Source: Chiloscyllium plagiosum (lineage: Eukaryota). From it: a stretch of 64,000 nt of DNA. The notes beneath the pieces are model-generated. The model did not search any database, was not told the origin of the DNA, and was given only the letters and a program-made list of their open reading frames with translations. This document shows, piece after piece, positions 49,513 to 62,060 of this stretch (position 1 is the stretch's first letter; every line of letters begins with the position of its first letter). The stretch is from contig NC_057718.1 in NCBI RefSeq assembly GCF_004010195.1, positions 98,022,876 to 98,086,875 of the forward strand, in the 5' to 3' direction. The position numbers were made by a program, and so were the translations under genes.

Positions 49513-50309
49513 AAAAAGGTAACGCATTTATGAACTCGAACTTGTATTTGCAAGAAAGTGCCAACTGTGTCCCTGTGTGAATCCTCGGTATTTTTTTTCT
49601 TAGTTCCCTCTCACCAGATGTGCCATGTTGGTTGTTTGTATCTGGCATTGATCGGCCTGGTGCACAGTTGGGCTTTGTGTATGGCACCTGTGATGGAAAT
49701 CTCAGCAGCGGGAAGTCTGCCTGCCACTGGAGAGTGTACGTGAGAGTGAGAAGCAGCATCTTGGAGACCATGGAGGTTCTTGTGAGGCTGGAGAATCAAA
49801 AATTGTTTTTGGTAGGGTGGGGGTGTTTAGGTGCGAATGCCAAATTTGAAGCACAAACAGACTTCTGTAGCAGTGTCCGAATGGCGTACTTCTGCTCTTA
49901 TTTTGTATCTGCGTAGAACTCGGAAATTGCCAGAATCAGCTTTGCAAAATGTTATTCACAATTGTCACTTACAAAGGTGAACGTAGAAATACAATATCCC
50001 CTTAAAATGTTTACTGAATGAGGTTTCTCATTGGTAGCTTTACTGAAGGAAGAGGCATTTCTTACTGACATTGTTTCAACTGTGGAATGTTACAATGAGT
50101 CCGATTTTATTCTCTCCCTAAACTTTTAAACAATTCTGAAAATTCCAGAGGCAGAAATGATTAATTTATTTTTAATGAATCTTGCATATTGCAAGGCAAA
50201 TTATTTCACGCTGACAGACAGCTTTTCCATGGACAGTGTTTTAGAACCCGTAACTATGAGTGTAGAGCGTTGACAGTCATTTTTATTTTGACATGGGGAT
50301 GAGTATAGC

Positions 50310-50720
50310 TGTGTGTGTGTGTGTACGTACGCATGAGTGTGTGTCTGTATGTATGTTGTGTGTGGGGTGTGTGTGTGATGTCTGTGTATATCGTGTGTGT
50401 GTGATGTGTATGTTGTGTGTGTGTGTTTGTGTATGTGTGTGTGCTTGCATGTGTGTGTGTGGTGTGTGATGTCTCTGTGTGTATGTTGTCTGTGATGTCT
50501 GTGTGTGTGTGCGTGTGTGTGTGTTTGTATGTATGTGTGAGGTGTGTGATGTCTGTGTGTGTGTGCGCGTGTGTGTGTTTGTATGTATGTGTGAGGTGTG
50601 TGATGTCTGTGTGTGTGTATGTTGTGTGTGATGTCTGTGTGTGTGTGCTTGCATGTGTGTTTGTGTGTATGTGTGTGTGTTTGTGTTTATGTGTATGTGT
50701 GCGTGAGTGTGTGTGTCTCT
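50310..50720. repeat. Compound (TG)n microsatellite with tgatgtctg units
   Basis: Direct inspection. Confidence 0.95.
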
Positions 50721-50959
50721 CCCACACCAGTTTTTTAAATCTCTTGAGCTCCTCACTGCATCATTCTATTCCTGCTTCAGTTTCTAATTCCCATGTATCT
50801 CGAAGGTCACAGTAGCTCCAGCTACCTGGCACTGAATGGCTAATCCAGCTGTGTGCCTGGTTTCATTCCTTGAACTTCTAGAATGCAGATGTGGGTCTGC
50901 TGGCCAGGACCTGGAATGGGAGATGATCATGGTTTTAGCTGGGCTTCATTAGTGTGATG

Positions 50960-51965
50960 GTAAAGGTAAAGTTGTCAAGGTTTTGCCAGAACGTAGGGCT
51001 GCTCTCCTGTTTGAAAGATAATGATGGCTAACCTTTTCACTCTCATTTCTCTTCTTACTTTGTACCTAAGCTTTTTTTGTACCCAGGTATGTTGATACCT
51101 AAGGTGGCACCTTGAAAGTGGAGTTGCAGGTAGAGAGGATAGTGAAGAAGGCGTTTGATATCTTTCCTTTATTGGTCAGAGCATTGAGTATCAAAGTTGA
51201 GAGGTCATGTTGCAGCTGTACAGGACATTGATTAGGCCACTTTTGAATAGGCCACTTTAGGAAAGATGTTGTGAAAGGGTTTAGAACAGATTTACAAGAA
51301 TGCAACCAGGGTTAGAGGGTCTGAGCTACAGGGAGAGGCTGAACAAGCTGGGGCTCTTTTCCCTGAGAGGTGACCTTATAAAAGTTTATAAAATCATGAG
51401 AGGCATGGATAGGGTAAATAGGCAAGGTATTTTCCCTGGGTTGCAGGAGTCCAGAACTAGAGGCCATAGGTTTAGGGTGAGAGGGAAGAAATTTAAAAGG
51501 GACCTAAGGCATAACTTTTTCACACAGAGGGTGGTGTGTGTATGGAATGAGCTGCCAGATGAAGTGGTGGAGGCTGGTACAATTACAACACCTAAAAGGC
51601 ATCTGGATGGATATATGAATAGGAAGGGTTTCGAGGGATATGGACCAAGTGCTGGCAAATGGGACTAGATTAGGTTAGGATATCTGGTTGGCATGGAAGT
51701 GTTGGACCGAGAGGTCTGTTTCCATGAAATTTCTATGATTTTATATGTGCGACATTATACACTTTTCACTGTACTCCTGTATGTGACAATAAAATCTAAA
51801 ATTGAAGCAACTAGTGGTGCTTTAACCTGATGATTTACACACCTCAGGCAAGGGGAGAAGTTGAAAGGAAACTCTTTCATGGTCACCTCAGCCAGTGCAG
51901 GAAGAGAACCCACACTGCTGATATCACTGTGTATCGTAAACCAGCCATCCAGCTAACTGAACTAT
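50960..51965. mobile_element. Triple nest: third-family SINE (-) containing a Rex1-like tail containing HER1/CR1 (51110-51740, +)
   Basis: PGLEGLSYRERLNKLGLFSL..KVYKIMRGMDRV; cttttcactgtac...gtgacaataaa tail; SINE halves on both sides. Confidence 0.75.
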
Positions 51966-54900
51966 AAGGATACCACAATGCAGTTTTAAATTCCTGGACA
52001 TTAGAAGCAGGGGTTTGCAAGGAAGAATTGTCTTGCACAGCCAAAGGTTGTGCCCTGCAACTAGCTGCCCTGCAAGGCTGCTGTAATCAAGGCAAAAGTG
52101 ATTTCAGAGCAATTTCAGGCAGGGTGGTTTGTACGTGAGAGTGTTCAGCACATGGTTCAGCAACCTTGCTCCACTAAAATGCCTTTGGCCTGTGTCAGCT
52201 CTGGCTTGCACCCTTGTAATTTGCTTTTCCACAAGCAATACAAGATTTGCTGACCATTTCCCAAAGATCTGACCACTGAGCTACATCGAGGTGCCCAACT
52301 GGAGTCAGTTACATTGACCATTTCAGCCATTCCAATGTCTACACGTCGAACTTGCAAAAACATGGAATGTTGCAGAATTAACTTGCTGTCTTGTTTTTCT
52401 TTATTTTGTTGAAATGTGGATTATACTTCTGAAATGAATCCTCAGTTTTTCGTAAGGTTTCATGTCTTGGATAAGGAGGCTTGTCAGCATTCAAGTTTTG
52501 GCTAAACCTCTCCCTTGAGTAATGATTTGTTCATGAAGCTTGTTCTTCACTTTAGTTTGTAAAGCTTCTGCCTTGCTTCTGTCCAATGGTTAGCCATTAG
52601 CTGTATGAAGATGCCTTCTGATTTTGTTTGTTACTTACAAATTAAGGCAGGAATGTCGTCCTCAGACAACATTTGCAGTTTGTGTATTGTGTATCCGTTG
52701 AGCTTCTGCTGTCATCTTTTAGTTCCTAATTTTCTCATCTTGTGACTCAGTTCTTATTCTGGTTGCATACTTGTGGTATTCTATTGTGGGTATAATCAAA
52801 TTTGTATCTGCTCCCTCGCACAAGCTAACTTCTGGGAAACTACAAACGGAGGTAAGTCTTCTTTGCTTTCAAGTGTGGTCTCAAAGCAAACTTTTAAACT
52901 TTTGATATGCACATGTATCTTCACATGTTGCTGCAAGTCAATCAGATGTGCTTGGTCTCCAGTTTTCAACCAACCTTCGTCTTTTGTGCACCTTGACAAA
53001 TATGTATGCAAAGTAAACTAAATGAGGCAGCAATGTTACATCTGGCGACTTTTGTCTGATTCTGGTGGAACATGTTACTTGTTGATTTACTCTTTGCAAT
53101 TTATTATTCTTTGAATTGCAAATGCTTTGTGACATTTGGATAATCTCCCAGGCAAATCTTTGAATACAACATAATCTACTTCTGCAGAGAATTTCTTTTT
53201 GAAAATGTGTTTTTCAACATTATTAGTACTTCTATTGTGGTCTAATCAGTACTCTAGAAGTTTTGTAAAGCAGTCTTTGAAACAGGAATGTTTGCTGTTG
53301 TCCTCGTTGTTAAAATGGTTGCGGATTGTAAGGCATAAGAAGAGGGATGTTTCTGTTATCTCATTAGTTGTTTATTGGCTAATGAAATATCTGTGGCATA
53401 GCTTTAGATTTTAACAAGCCAGACTCCTCCGATGTGTTAATCATAGATGTGTTTTTACAAGAGTTAAATTGCTCCTCGCAATTTTGCTAGAGGTCATGTG
53501 CATTGTGTGCACTGCTTTACTTTATGTCTCTGCCAGTTATCATCCTTGCTCTGTGCAGCAACTGTAAGTACATGATCTTTGGCTGTTGATGTGGTGCAAA
53601 TAGAAGCTCCATACGGTATCAGAAGAAACTTGCCAAAACATGCAAGGAGCCTTGCTTTGCATGTCAGAAAATTTAAATGTGCTGTGTCAGCTGTTTCCCA
53701 GAATCTGGAGTGGGCAGCGTGAGGTTAGGAAGTTGGCTCTGGAGAGTTATCATTATGTGTTTGTCAGCTAAATTTTATATTAATAGCCGCGTAAGGTCTG
53801 TAGTTACAACATTGGACATAACCGATCTGCTGACCTTAAAAATGATGATTGGTGAGCCCAGCACTACGCAGACTTGAGAGTTTACTTTCCTGACATGACT
53901 CGACTGAGACACTTGTTTTTTTGACACAGCCTGTTCCTTTAAAACATAATTGGATCCACCCACATGCAGAGAGACAGGATATTCCTTGGTATGTATAACG
54001 CTGTCGTTTTACATATCCTGCTTTCCATTCAGGTGGTGTTTACTGTGCGGCTGCTGTCTCTCACTGAAGCTCAGTAACAAAACCAGGCAAAGGCTGCAGA
54101 TTTCCTCCTGGGTTCCCTCACTCCGTTCTTATCCTGTCGCTGGACTGGAAAGGTACACCGTTCCCATATTGAAGGAGTCACATGTAGATTGCTGGTGGTA
54201 AGTTCATTGCAATATTTTTTGGTGCCGTTGAATGTAACTTGACACTGTAAGTTGCTGAAGACATTCTGCAGAATTTGTTGTGCACTGTGCCAGCACTAAC
54301 GTGGCTAGATACTGTCAAGTTCTTATCACGGGATGATACCAATGTCCTGACTCTGGGACGCCATCCTGTTCACACACTCTTAGTAACTGCTCAGTTGGCA
54401 TCCCATGTACCCCATGCATGCCAGAGTAATGCCTGGTACTTTGCGTGGATTCCGACTGTCCCGGATGCCCCATGACTCTGCCAACCGTGAGCAGTGTGTG
54501 AGCATCTGGTACCTTGTGCGGTCCATACCCCAACAGCTTCTGTTGTGCAGACGCTGCTTAATAGGAGGACTCAGAAAAGATTGAGGCTCGCAGTGTCTTG
54601 AGCTGCCACAGACAGCCAGAGTGTAGAGACCCTGCGACTCGCACTGAAGGACAATGGTAGAAATGCCCATCGCGGACAACCATCCCCTCCCTGAGAAAGC
54701 ACTTTACAATGGAGCTGAGCTGGAATGGTCTGTATGCACTGAAACAGGGTTGTCCATTGTGATGGTGTTGTAGTAATACACCCGGCAGGAAGGGTATCCC
54801 TTATTTGGACCATCAGAGTGTAGAGTTGTGGATGGGGAGGATCAAGCAGTGCAAAGGTACTTTCCTCTGGGGAGAGGGGCAATGGGTAATGAGAAGTTGT

Positions 54901-55574
54901 TGGAAGCACTGAGCAGCCAAAAGCTGCTGGAGCGACTCTGGAATTGTCCTCAGGCTCTTCCCAGGGAAGATAAGGAGGAGATGTGCCCTGTGTTGGCCTT
55001 GACATCTCTGACATTACGGCAGCTACAATGCCGGGGGTCCAGAGGTCCTGCTCCTCCAACCTCCACAAAAAATACCTCTGGCCCCTGTCAACCCCGGCTT
55101 GTGCCTTTGCAGTTTGTCTTCCCCCAAGAGACATGGATCATATTTCTGAAGGTCTGACTGGCAAGCAGCATCAAGGTATCCAATCGGGCACAATCAGAGA
55201 ATGACAGCGGCCATTTCTACCACTCCTGTGTCTACCTGTTGAACTTGAGGACACAGTTGGAATGTAGCAAATTGGCTCCCCAGTTCGCTTCCTGGCTCAA
55301 TTTCCTTACTTTTGATGATGGATGCAATCGTTTTCAACAATGAATGACATCCTATGATTTCTGAAATCTGAGGTTTCACCTTTGCCACTTTGAAGGGCTG
55401 GGTGAGAAGGGAGTTGGTGGAACATCTGGTGCATCCACAGGGAGGCACCACACTGAGAGACAGAGTAGTGCAAACAAACCTGTGACACAGGCAATTACCC
55501 AATGGATTCTTACCGGGAGAGGGTTTAATTTTAATTCCCTTCAACTTCACAGACTGCTTTGTAATGTAAAGATC

Positions 55575-55772
55575 TGAAGATGTGCAGGTTAGGTGAAGTG
55601 GCCGTGCTAAATTGCCCATAGTGTCCAGGGTTGTGTAGATTAAGTACGTCAGTAAGGGGTAAATGTAGAGCAATAGAGTAAGGGGAAGGGGTTTGGAATG
55701 GTTACTCTTCGGAGGGTCAGTGTGGACTTGTTGAGCCGAAGGGCCCGTTTCCACACTGTAGGGAATCTATTA
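55575..55772 (+). mobile_element. HE1 SINE 3' half
   Basis: Matches other copies. Confidence 0.88.
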
Positions 55773-56385
55773 TTCTATGTTAAAGTTTCACAGAATTTTT
55801 AAGCTTTGAAGGCAAATTCCAACAGAAAACTTCAAGCCAAATAAACTTGAACCATACTTGACATTCAGACCAATGATTGCTGGCATTCCTATAAGTCTCG
55901 GCTGGACTTTGAGGAACACCAGTTTGAGAGTGATCCATCTTTTATAACGATATTAAACACTCATTTTGTTAGCTTGTTCAAACAGCTGCTTGCAACAATA
56001 AATTTTAAATGGAAATCAGTCAGTGTTAGGTAAAGTTGAGTCTTGTAATGTACGCTGAATATTTGTGACAATGCCGGCAGATTTCAATGAATTTTTAATC
56101 GCTATGGATCAGATTGTTTTTTTTTGACTTAGCAATTGTCTTTGAACAGGCAGCAGTAATGTCCCTATCTATAAGCCAGGAGCCTGGGTTCAAAGTCCCA
56201 CTTACTCCAGAGGTATGTCATAATAAATCTGATCAGGCTGATTAAAATTATCTCTAACTGTGATACCAGCAGGCAAAATCACTTCTGTAGGTAGTTAATG
56301 GTTGATTCAGATAACACATTGGGGGCCCCCATTTAATACACTGTCTGAATATTTGGCAAAGTTGCCGTCATGTGGCTTTGTTTTT

Positions 56386-56718
56386 GGGCGGCACGGTGGC
56401 ACAGTGGTTAGCACTGCTGCCTCACAGCGCCAGAGATCCGGGTTCAATTCCCGACTCAGGCGACTGACTGTGTGGAGTATGCACGTTCTCCCCTTGTCTG
56501 CGTGGGTTTCCTCCGGGTGCTCCGGTTTCCTCCCACAGTCCAAAGATGTGCAGGTTAGGTAAATTGGCCATGCTAAATTGCCCATAGTGTTAGGTGAAGG
56601 GGTAAATGTAGGGGTATGGGTGGGTTGCGCTTCGCAGGTCGGTGTGGACTTGTTGGACCGAAGGGCCTGTTACCACACTGTAATGTAATGTAGTGTAATC
56701 TAATCTAATCTAATCTAA
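56386..56718 (+). mobile_element. HE1 SINE, full length
   Basis: tRNA-like head; (tgtaa)/(tctaa)n tail. Confidence 0.93.
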
Positions 56719-56780
56719 TGTTTTAATTAGCTGCAGATTGATAATATTTTATGCAAATTCTCCCCTGCCTTGACAATTGT

Positions 56781-57016
56781 TGAAATAACTCTACGGGGAC
56801 TGGTATCCCATCATCAAGTCACCTTTCATCTATACGTGTATCCTACATGACAATCGCCCAGCTAGCTCAAATCTGGCTCCGAGTGTGAGCAGAATCTCTG
56901 ACACTCCTGTTTGTATCTGTCAGCCAAAGTTCCCTGATTGGGCCAAGTTAAAAGCCCCAATCAGGGAACTCATATTCTGTGAGGTCCACCCGGCTGCCCT
57001 AATTCCAATTACTACA
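56781..57016 (-). mobile_element. Short solo LTR (Gypsy-like)
   Basis: Minus strand TGTAGT...TTATTTCA; flanks attgt/attga; inverted CCAAT pair. Confidence 0.65.
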
Positions 57017-57028
57017 ATTGAAATTAAA

Positions 57029-57142
57029 CTGAAGGAGCAGCGCTGTGAAAGCTAGTGCTTCCAAATAAACCTGTTGGACTATAACCTGGTGTTGTGTGAT
57101 TTTTAACTTTGTACACCCCAGTCCAACACCGGCACCTCCAAA
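57029..57142 (+). mobile_element. Family B PLE 3' end, truncated within the hammerhead
   Basis: tgaaggagcagcgctgtgaaagctagtgcttccaaataaacctg. Confidence 0.85.
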
Positions 57143-57761
57143 TTACAATAGTAACACCATTCAGTGAAAGCAAGATATTGGCAATAGGCTGCCAAATGTT
57201 TTGGAAATGATCACAAACCAAAGCAACAATTATCGCAAATAAATCATCACACAAGGGACACTTCATCATTGTACTGTCATTTTTACCATCTAAATTATGG
57301 GCTTACCTCAAGATACCATTCAGTTTTTACCATGAAGGGAGGGTTGTACTTTGAAAGCAAACTGATATGGACACTCACTCATCTGAACAATGTGTGTGCT
57401 TGTGCTTTTTATCGATTTGACTACATTGATTAGTGCTTAAAACTTAAAAGCCTGTTTTCAAAGGGTGATGAGCATCGAATTAATCTCGGAAAGTTATAAT
57501 TGGAAATTCTTGCCCAGCTATAAATAATGTGCACTCGCCTATGGATTATAAATATACAGGGTGATATTTTAACAAGCCAGACCAGTGCTAGTCTGTTGTG
57601 TGAAAGTCAGTGTACGAGTTGTTGTAATTGCTGGCTCTCGATCGCTCTCATTTTGCATTTTCTACTGTTCTAATTCACATTTAAAATAACATTGAAAGGG
57701 AGGCATTTGATAAGCGCAATGTGGAATTACCAATTAAAGGTGCATTAACTCAAATATTGGG

Positions 57762-58045
57762 ATCGCAGTGCAGGTGGGTCAGTGGTTAACACTGCTGTCT
57801 CCCAGTGCCAGGGCCCTGGATTTAAGTCTATCCTCCGGGCGACTGCCTGTGTGGAGCTTGTACATTCTCCCTCTGTCTGTGTGAGTTTTCTCCGGGTGCC
57901 TCAGTTTTTTCTCACAGTCCAAAGATATGCAGGTTAGGTGGATTAGCCATGGGATATGCAGGGTTATAGGTAGATGGTATGTTCTTCAGAGGGTTGCTAT
58001 GAAATTGATGGGCTGAATGGCCTGCCTCCATACTGGAGGGATTCC
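57762..58045 (+). mobile_element. Old HE1 SINE
   Basis: Diverged match. Confidence 0.8.
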
Positions 58046-58431
58046 ATAATCTGAACATGGCTACGCCATCTACGAACAGATTAGCTTTCCACTGGCATTT
58101 TTTTCCATTCACTTGTTATGGGCATTACTAGTGAGGTACCCCTAATTGCCCTTCAGAGATGGTGGTGAGCTGCCTTCTCAAATACCCCTTTGTCCACAGT
58201 GTGGCTGTGAACCAAGCCAGACCTGGGAAGGATGCCTCATTACCTTCCCTAAACGCCGTCAGGATTTTTCCACACGACAACAGTTTCATCGTCAGCATTA
58301 ATGATCCAAGCGTTTTTTTTGTTGTAAATCTTATTTAGTTGATTGAGTTTCAGTTCCCCAGCTGCTGTGCTAGCATTTGAACCCATATCACCACAGCTTG
58401 GGTCTGGGCCTCTTTTACAGATCTAGTAACA

Positions 58432-58652
58432 GCGAGCTTTGAGAAGAGTTGTAGCTCAGGTTGAGATTCTGGATGTAGGTTTGCTCACTGAGCTGGAAGG
58501 TTCGTTTTCAGACATTTCATCATCATACGAGGTAACATCTTCAGTGAGCTTCCGAATGAAGGCTTCACCAGAGGCTCAATTGAAGATGTTAACTAGTATG
58601 ATGATGAAATGCCTCAATATGAACCTTCCAGCTCAGTGAGCAAACCTACATC
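58432..58652. mobile_element. Family D PLE fold-back insertion with degenerate hammerheads
   Basis: 14-bp TSD cagat(ct/cc)agtaaca at 58418-58431 and 58653-58666; homologous to 2980-3070. Confidence 0.85.
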
Positions 58653-58669
58653 CAGATCCAGTAACATTT

Positions 58670-59140
58670 TTGTTTTAATTAATTCATGGGAGATGGATGT
58701 CACTGGCCAGACCAATGTTTATTGGCCATTCCTAAGTGCCCAGAAGTCAGTTGAGTGTTAGCCACAGTGCTGCGAGTCTGGAGTCACATGTAGGCCAGGG
58801 TAGAGTCATAGAGTTGTACAGCACCAAAACATATCCTTCGGTCCACCTCGTCCATGCCGAGCAGATATCCTAAATAAATCTATGCCATTTGCCAGCATTT
58901 GGCCTATGTCCCTCTGAATCCCTTGTACTTTGAGTAGTGAGGATGGCAGATTTCCTTCCCTCAAGGATATGAGTGAACCAGATGGGCTTATCCCGACAAT
59001 CAGCAGTGGCTTCATGGTCATCATTCGACTCTTAATCCCAGATTTCTGTTGAATTCAAGTTCTATCATCTGCTATGGGAAGACCTTATCTGAGTGTCTAG
59101 ATTCATAGTCTGGTGGTAACACCATTAGGCCATCAACTTC
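58670..59140 (-). mobile_element. Second SINE family with nested HER1 tail (58803-58922)
   Basis: tctggagtcacatgtaggccag|...|gaggatggcagatttccttcc. Confidence 0.7.
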
Positions 59141-59446
59141 CCATTAAATTCCCACCTTATTTCTACACCCCTTTTCAGAAGCCTATTACCCTACCAGCTT
59201 TTTTGAAAGAGCTATGGATTAATCTACTCTGCTTTTTCAACACATCTTTGTTCATTTTCTCCCCTCCTGTACTTTCCCATCAGCAAGGACAGAGAAGCCT
59301 GATGTTAAAATGGCTTCCAGCATGTGTGGCAAATGCCGTTTTGGACATGTGGTTTCTCTTCATAGAGAGAGATATGGGGGAGAGGGAGTGCAATTCCGTC
59401 TTGCTGCTTTTGGGTCCCTTGTCTTTGGCACAGCGTGCCTCAGCTG

Positions 59447-59725
59447 TCAGCACTGCTGCCTCACAGCGCCAGGGACCTGGGTTCGATTCCAGCCTCGGGC
59501 AACTGTCTGTGTGGAGTTGTACATTCTCCCCATGTCTGAGTGGGTTTCCTCCAGGTACTCTGGTTTCCTCCCACAGTCCGAAGATGTGCAGGTTAGGATG
59601 GATCGGCCATGGTATAAACCCCAGGCAGGGTTTTGGAGGTGGTGAGGGCCGGAGTGGAATGCCTCTTGGAGGGTCAGTGCAGACTTGGTGGGCTGAATGG
59701 CCTCTTCCTGCAGTAATCGGAGTCT
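59447..59725 (+). mobile_element. HE1 SINE
   Basis: Matches other copies. Confidence 0.85.
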
Positions 59726-60638
59726 GTGACACAGTCCTAGCTCAGGAAATGCCAGTGTAACGCGGGGGGGGCAACTTGTTCTGCTCACTTAAGTGCGATT
59801 CAAATTGTGTGACTATTAATCCCTGCCAGAAAGGAGTTGGGGGGCCTTGCAAATAGATGTCCAAAGGTGTCAGCTGACATCCGACTGGCATCTTTGTATC
59901 AATCTGCCCTTTTAAAAATGCAGTGTCCTGAACCAGCCACAAGCAGGACCTCGTAAAGGTTAGTTAAAAGAACACTCCCCTGCCATCATGCCAAACACTG
60001 TGACAGTTTCTGAGACGTTTTGCTGAGAATCTGTAGCAGTGCTGGGAACCTAAGTGCTTGGAATAGCTTTACAGTTGCCCAGGGGAGCCCTTCTTTCTGT
60101 GACAGGATCCCTCCATGCACTCTCGCTGTTGGGGGATGAATGGGCATTGGAGACTGGAGGAAATAGACAACACAGACCCCTCTCGGTGTGCTCCACTATC
60201 CTGTGATAGAGAAGGTGAAGCTTAAATTGCGGAGGAGTATAAAATCAGGCCTTGCTTCCCGAGATGAGAGTCACGCAGGTTTGTGTCTTCTCCTTTCAGA
60301 AACAGTCGCTGAGCTGTTTTGCCTGTGGCTACTGTCAGGTTGCTGAAGGGAAGGACATCAAGAGTCAGTATGCAGCCTGTGCTCATGTTAAGAAGATGAC
60401 TGACATTGTATGATTCTCGCATGCCTCGTGGACAAACTCAAGTGATAGGATACCCTTTTGGGATTTATAAAGCCTTTAAGCCATCCTTTAGGTAAAACAT
60501 CAGGCACCATGTACTTCCCTTTAAGCAAAACCATGTGAATCTCCTCAGGATTCTGGTTGTTCAGCCAGTGTGTGCTGACTGCCATGCCCTTTGGTACGGC
60601 TGTGATTTGGTTTGATTTGATTTATTATTGTCACATGT

Positions 60639-61039
60639 TCGAGGAGAAAGTGAGGTCTGCAGATGCTGGAGATCAAAGTTGAAACTTTATTGCTGGAACA
60701 GCACAGCAGGTCAGGCAGCATCCAGGGAACAGGAGATTCGACGTTTCGGGCACAGGCCCTTCTTCAGGAAATGTGATAGGTGGAAAGAGGTCAAGGTGAG
60801 GGTGATAGGTCGGAGTAGGATGGTCCATCCTACTCCGACCTATCACCCTCACCTTGACCTCTTTCCACCTATCACATTTCCAACGCCCCTCCTCCAAGTC
60901 CCTCTTCCCTACCTTTTATCTTCTCCTGCTGAACACTCTCTGCTCATTCCTGAAGAAGGGCCTGTGCCCGAAACGTCGAATCTCCTGTTCCCTGGATGCT
61001 GCCTGACCTGCTGTGCTGTTCCAGCAATAAAGTTTCAAC
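60639..61039. mobile_element. Very young family A PLE double fold-back inserted in a Rex1-like LINE tail (60604-61300, -)
   Basis: 13-bp TSD tattgtcacatgt at 60626-60638 and 61040-61052; host peptide LLLGRRYKSLKRCTDRFKNSFFP. Confidence 0.92.
60946..60981 (+). ncRNA. Minimal hammerhead motif (family A, best-preserved copy)
   Basis: AUUC-CUGAAGA-A-GGGC-CUGU-GCCC-GAAA-CGUC-GAAU. Confidence 0.82.
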
Positions 61040-61591
61040 TATTGTCACATGTACCAAGACACACTGAAACGCATTGTTTTGTGTGCTGTCCAGGCAGATC
61101 AGACCTTACATAAGAACACCAGGGTAAAAGAACAGAATGCAAAATATAATGTTACAGCTGCAGAGAAGGTGCGGAGAAATATCAACTCTAATGTATGAGA
61201 GGTTCATTCATAAACTTGACAAAATCAGGGAAGAAGCTGTTCTTGAATCTGTCGGTACATCTTTTCAAACTCTTGTATCTTCTGCCCAGCAGGAGAGAAT
61301 ATAACTGGAATGGATGTGTGCCCACTTTCCTGGCAGCTGCTATGACAGCTCTACTTTGCAGCTTTTTTCTGTTTCCTTTCTCCTCTTCCCCTCCTCCCTC
61401 CAGCCCCGTCCACACACACGCTTTTTTTGACCCTTCCTAGCCAGTAGAAGGCTGGAAGATTAATCTCATAAACTTGACAACAGCAGGGAAGAAGCAGATC
61501 TTGAATCTGTCGATACTTTCCTGAGGGCACTTTCCTGAACAGTTGTCACCAAATGACTCTACATTGGACAGGGCACCAGTAGCACCCATTA

Positions 61592-62060
61592 CATAGAATC
61601 CCCACAATGTGGAAAAAGGCCCTTCAGCCCATCAAGACCACACCGACCATCCAAAGAGTAACCCACCCAGACCCATTCCCCTATTACTTTACATTTAAGC
61701 TGAAAATGTGTTGCTGGAAAAGTGCAGCAGGTCAGGCAGCATCCAGGGAACAGGAGAATCGACGTTTCGGGCATAAGCCCTTCTTCAGCCCTCTGATCTC
61801 CAGCATCTGCAGACCTCACTTTCTACTCTACATTTAACCCCTGACTAATGCACCTAACCTACGCATCCCTGAACACTATGGGCAATTTAGCATGGCCTAT
61901 CCACCTAACCTGGACATCTTTGGACTGTGGGAAGAAACCGGAGTACCCGGAGGAAACACATGCAGACACGGGGAGAACGTGCAAACTCCACGCAGTCACC
62001 CGAGGCTGGAATCGAACCTGGGTCCCTGGCGCTGTAAGGCAGCAGTGCTAACCACTGAGC
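61592..62060 (-). mobile_element. HE1 SINE with nested family A PLE insertion (61699-61823)
   Basis: TSD tact(t/c)tacatttaa at 61685-61698 and 61824-61837. Confidence 0.88.

Noticed and set aside
56386..56460. tRNA gene
   Set aside because: tRNA-derived head of an HE1 SINE, continuous with the SINE body and tail
59113..59760. 215-aa ORF as a host gene
   Set aside because: Runs through an HE1 SINE; no recognisable domain
61466..61516. About 50-bp direct duplication of 61208-61258
   Set aside because: Just a second small Rex1-like fragment; no further structure
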